A stretch of 46,895 nt of DNA, taken from assembly GCA_043806595.1 (NCBI GenBank), contig JAZDGU010000034.1, positions 1 to 46,895 on the forward strand, written 5' to 3'. Of this stretch, positions 46,701-46,895 are shown one piece after another; the stretch's first letter is position 1, and each line of letters begins with the position of its first letter. A program made the position numbers and the translations under genes. Source of the DNA: Candidatus Micrarchaeota archaeon. Lineage in GTDB: Archaea; Micrarchaeota; Micrarchaeia; Norongarragalinales; SBBD01. The notes under the pieces were generated by a model. It made no database searches. It saw only the letters and a list, made by a program, of their open reading frames with translations, and was not told the origin of the DNA.

Positions 46701-46895
46701 GAAGGAAGTCGGAGACCCTAAGGTGTCATGCAGCGAACTGGAAATTCCAGATTGCGACTGGTACATCAACCAGAGCACCACAATAACCCTGACCTGCACC
46801 GACCCCGAACCACACCCCGCAGACCACACCACGATACACTACCGCTACGCCATCAACGACGGAGAATTCACCGAATGGACGGCATACGAACAACC
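43717..46895 (+). CDS. Giant acidic surface protein with signal peptide, P/T linker and tandem Cys-containing Ig-like repeats; 3'-truncated by window edge
   Basis: Open frame from ATG 43717 (MKRTAIRKS..LLLLLAAILV) that is still in frame at the window end (>1050 aa). Absent from the ORF track because it has no stop. Repeats begin near 45073, 45424, 45733, 46054, 46369 and 46678. Confidence 0.9.
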   Translation, partial: MKRTAIRKSAVVTLGNVLSSNVGYLLLLLAAILVTSGMQVAASQAALAADKAGYLPAESAILSGSNFLPASQIGLTLTLPDGTVEELPPLTSDDSGAFSTSLQLSSAEGQYMITATDSTNSAESSFSVAVPTEVPPEPSPTETPIVTDEATASPTEEATVEPTETPVPTDEPSVTPTETPTPLPTETPTPTEEAPSEVIGEAIGGFCGAGEGGENGGECTPTPTPTPTATPTPNCSAGPNVTNIAVFPNPTNGRINITATVYDNCSTIRNAEFFFDYCGMPGTGIQIRPADDNQFNNDKHVEYVRKLNYDHALPDGRHAVYMRGKNSQNYWGMCNFTPFDIDLIPPEDVRNFTVPYWACAGNPPITAEICDSQTPIVAAEYFLDGTWDQLPNGWGYPMSPADGGWGELCEDVNGTINGSALIEGLHCAKLHGQDMATNWGKMTFMTPQCFVVDRTPPRTDKTVGTPKIECGYYGEMQEAESCWFINQSTGITMNASDPVPPDGYNSDSVLTRYRMRYKYDYDSEWDPWSDWAAYGGPIHITEDSIHEIEYYSHDFCSNEEQHHFEIDIVDTRPPVSQKLLGGPAVPCGVGDDCDFYINQSTTITLECEDQQPHPVGGETIYYRTKLDDQPYTEWMQYTQPFTYPEESRHEIQWYCVDALGNTEQVHTQVEKVDSQAPTVEKIVGEPKHECVPFDEDCDWYVNQSTPFTLIATDYGHAENETIETYYKYCWNDGEIEDCTEWMLYTGPFTYAQDSWHTLYYYALDYIGNPSQVYTEYDVVDSQPPEVRKWLEGPRVACEDIGQDDCDYYITQDTIIGFECHDTEPHPVGHEALYYRYRINDGEFTDWILWVQPFSFEEDSRHTVEYYCMDALGNINGTFTEIDVVDSQPPETTKEVGEPKHACQPDEECDWYITQDTEISLTCTDPEPHPVDHTAIYYRYAINDGEFTEWTAYEQPFTYPEDSRHTLEYYCTDLLGNEEQTQTETDIVETVPPVTTKEVGDPKVSCSELEIPDCDWYINQSTTITLTCTDPEPHPADHTTIHYRYAINDGEFTEWTAYEQ
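46472..46895 (+). repeat. Near-identical 109-bp intragenic repeats (46472-46580 and 46787-46895)
   Basis: 105/109 identical with an offset of 315 bp (105 codons). Confidence 0.9.

Noticed and set aside
46472..46895. DGR template/variable repeat pair
   Set aside because: The four mismatches are not confined to adenines of one copy, both copies are in-frame domains of one gene, and no reverse transcriptase is present.

Overview
Archaeal chromosomal fragment (Csl4, aRF1, PriS, uL1/uL10(P0)/P1 stalk operon, PheST, Sua5, tRNA-Ile). The unfused PriS, high-GC core genes and many Arg/Lys-rich ORFans would fit a DPANN lineage such as Ca. Micrarchaeota, but that placement is inference only. The window opens in the 3' end of an IS5-family (IS903-like) element and ends inside a giant repetitive surface protein. 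Core and metabolic genes include a type II P-type ATPase, PpsA, an OPT transporter next to a type II pantothenate kinase, AmmeMemoRadiSam S+B, tryptophanase and a five-gene copper cluster. The most unusual part is a lower-GC accessory block (~7.1-15.5 kb). It contains (i) a run of short ORFans joined by four copies of a 25-bp imperfectly palindromic repeat that carries a TGA stop, an SD-like GAGGT and the next ATG, resembling a gene-cassette array with no recombinase in the window; (ii) four PTS-IIB/LMW-PTP-like Cys-loop paralogs, one pseudogenised and two ending in a shared 20-bp sequence, plus a GNAT; and (iii) a soluble DUF2156/FemAB-like protein. Other oddities are a 103-bp tandem duplication including the tRNA-Ile 5' end, a 31-aa Lys-rich peptide ending in five Cys, and a relic P-type ATPase N-terminus next to the IS end.
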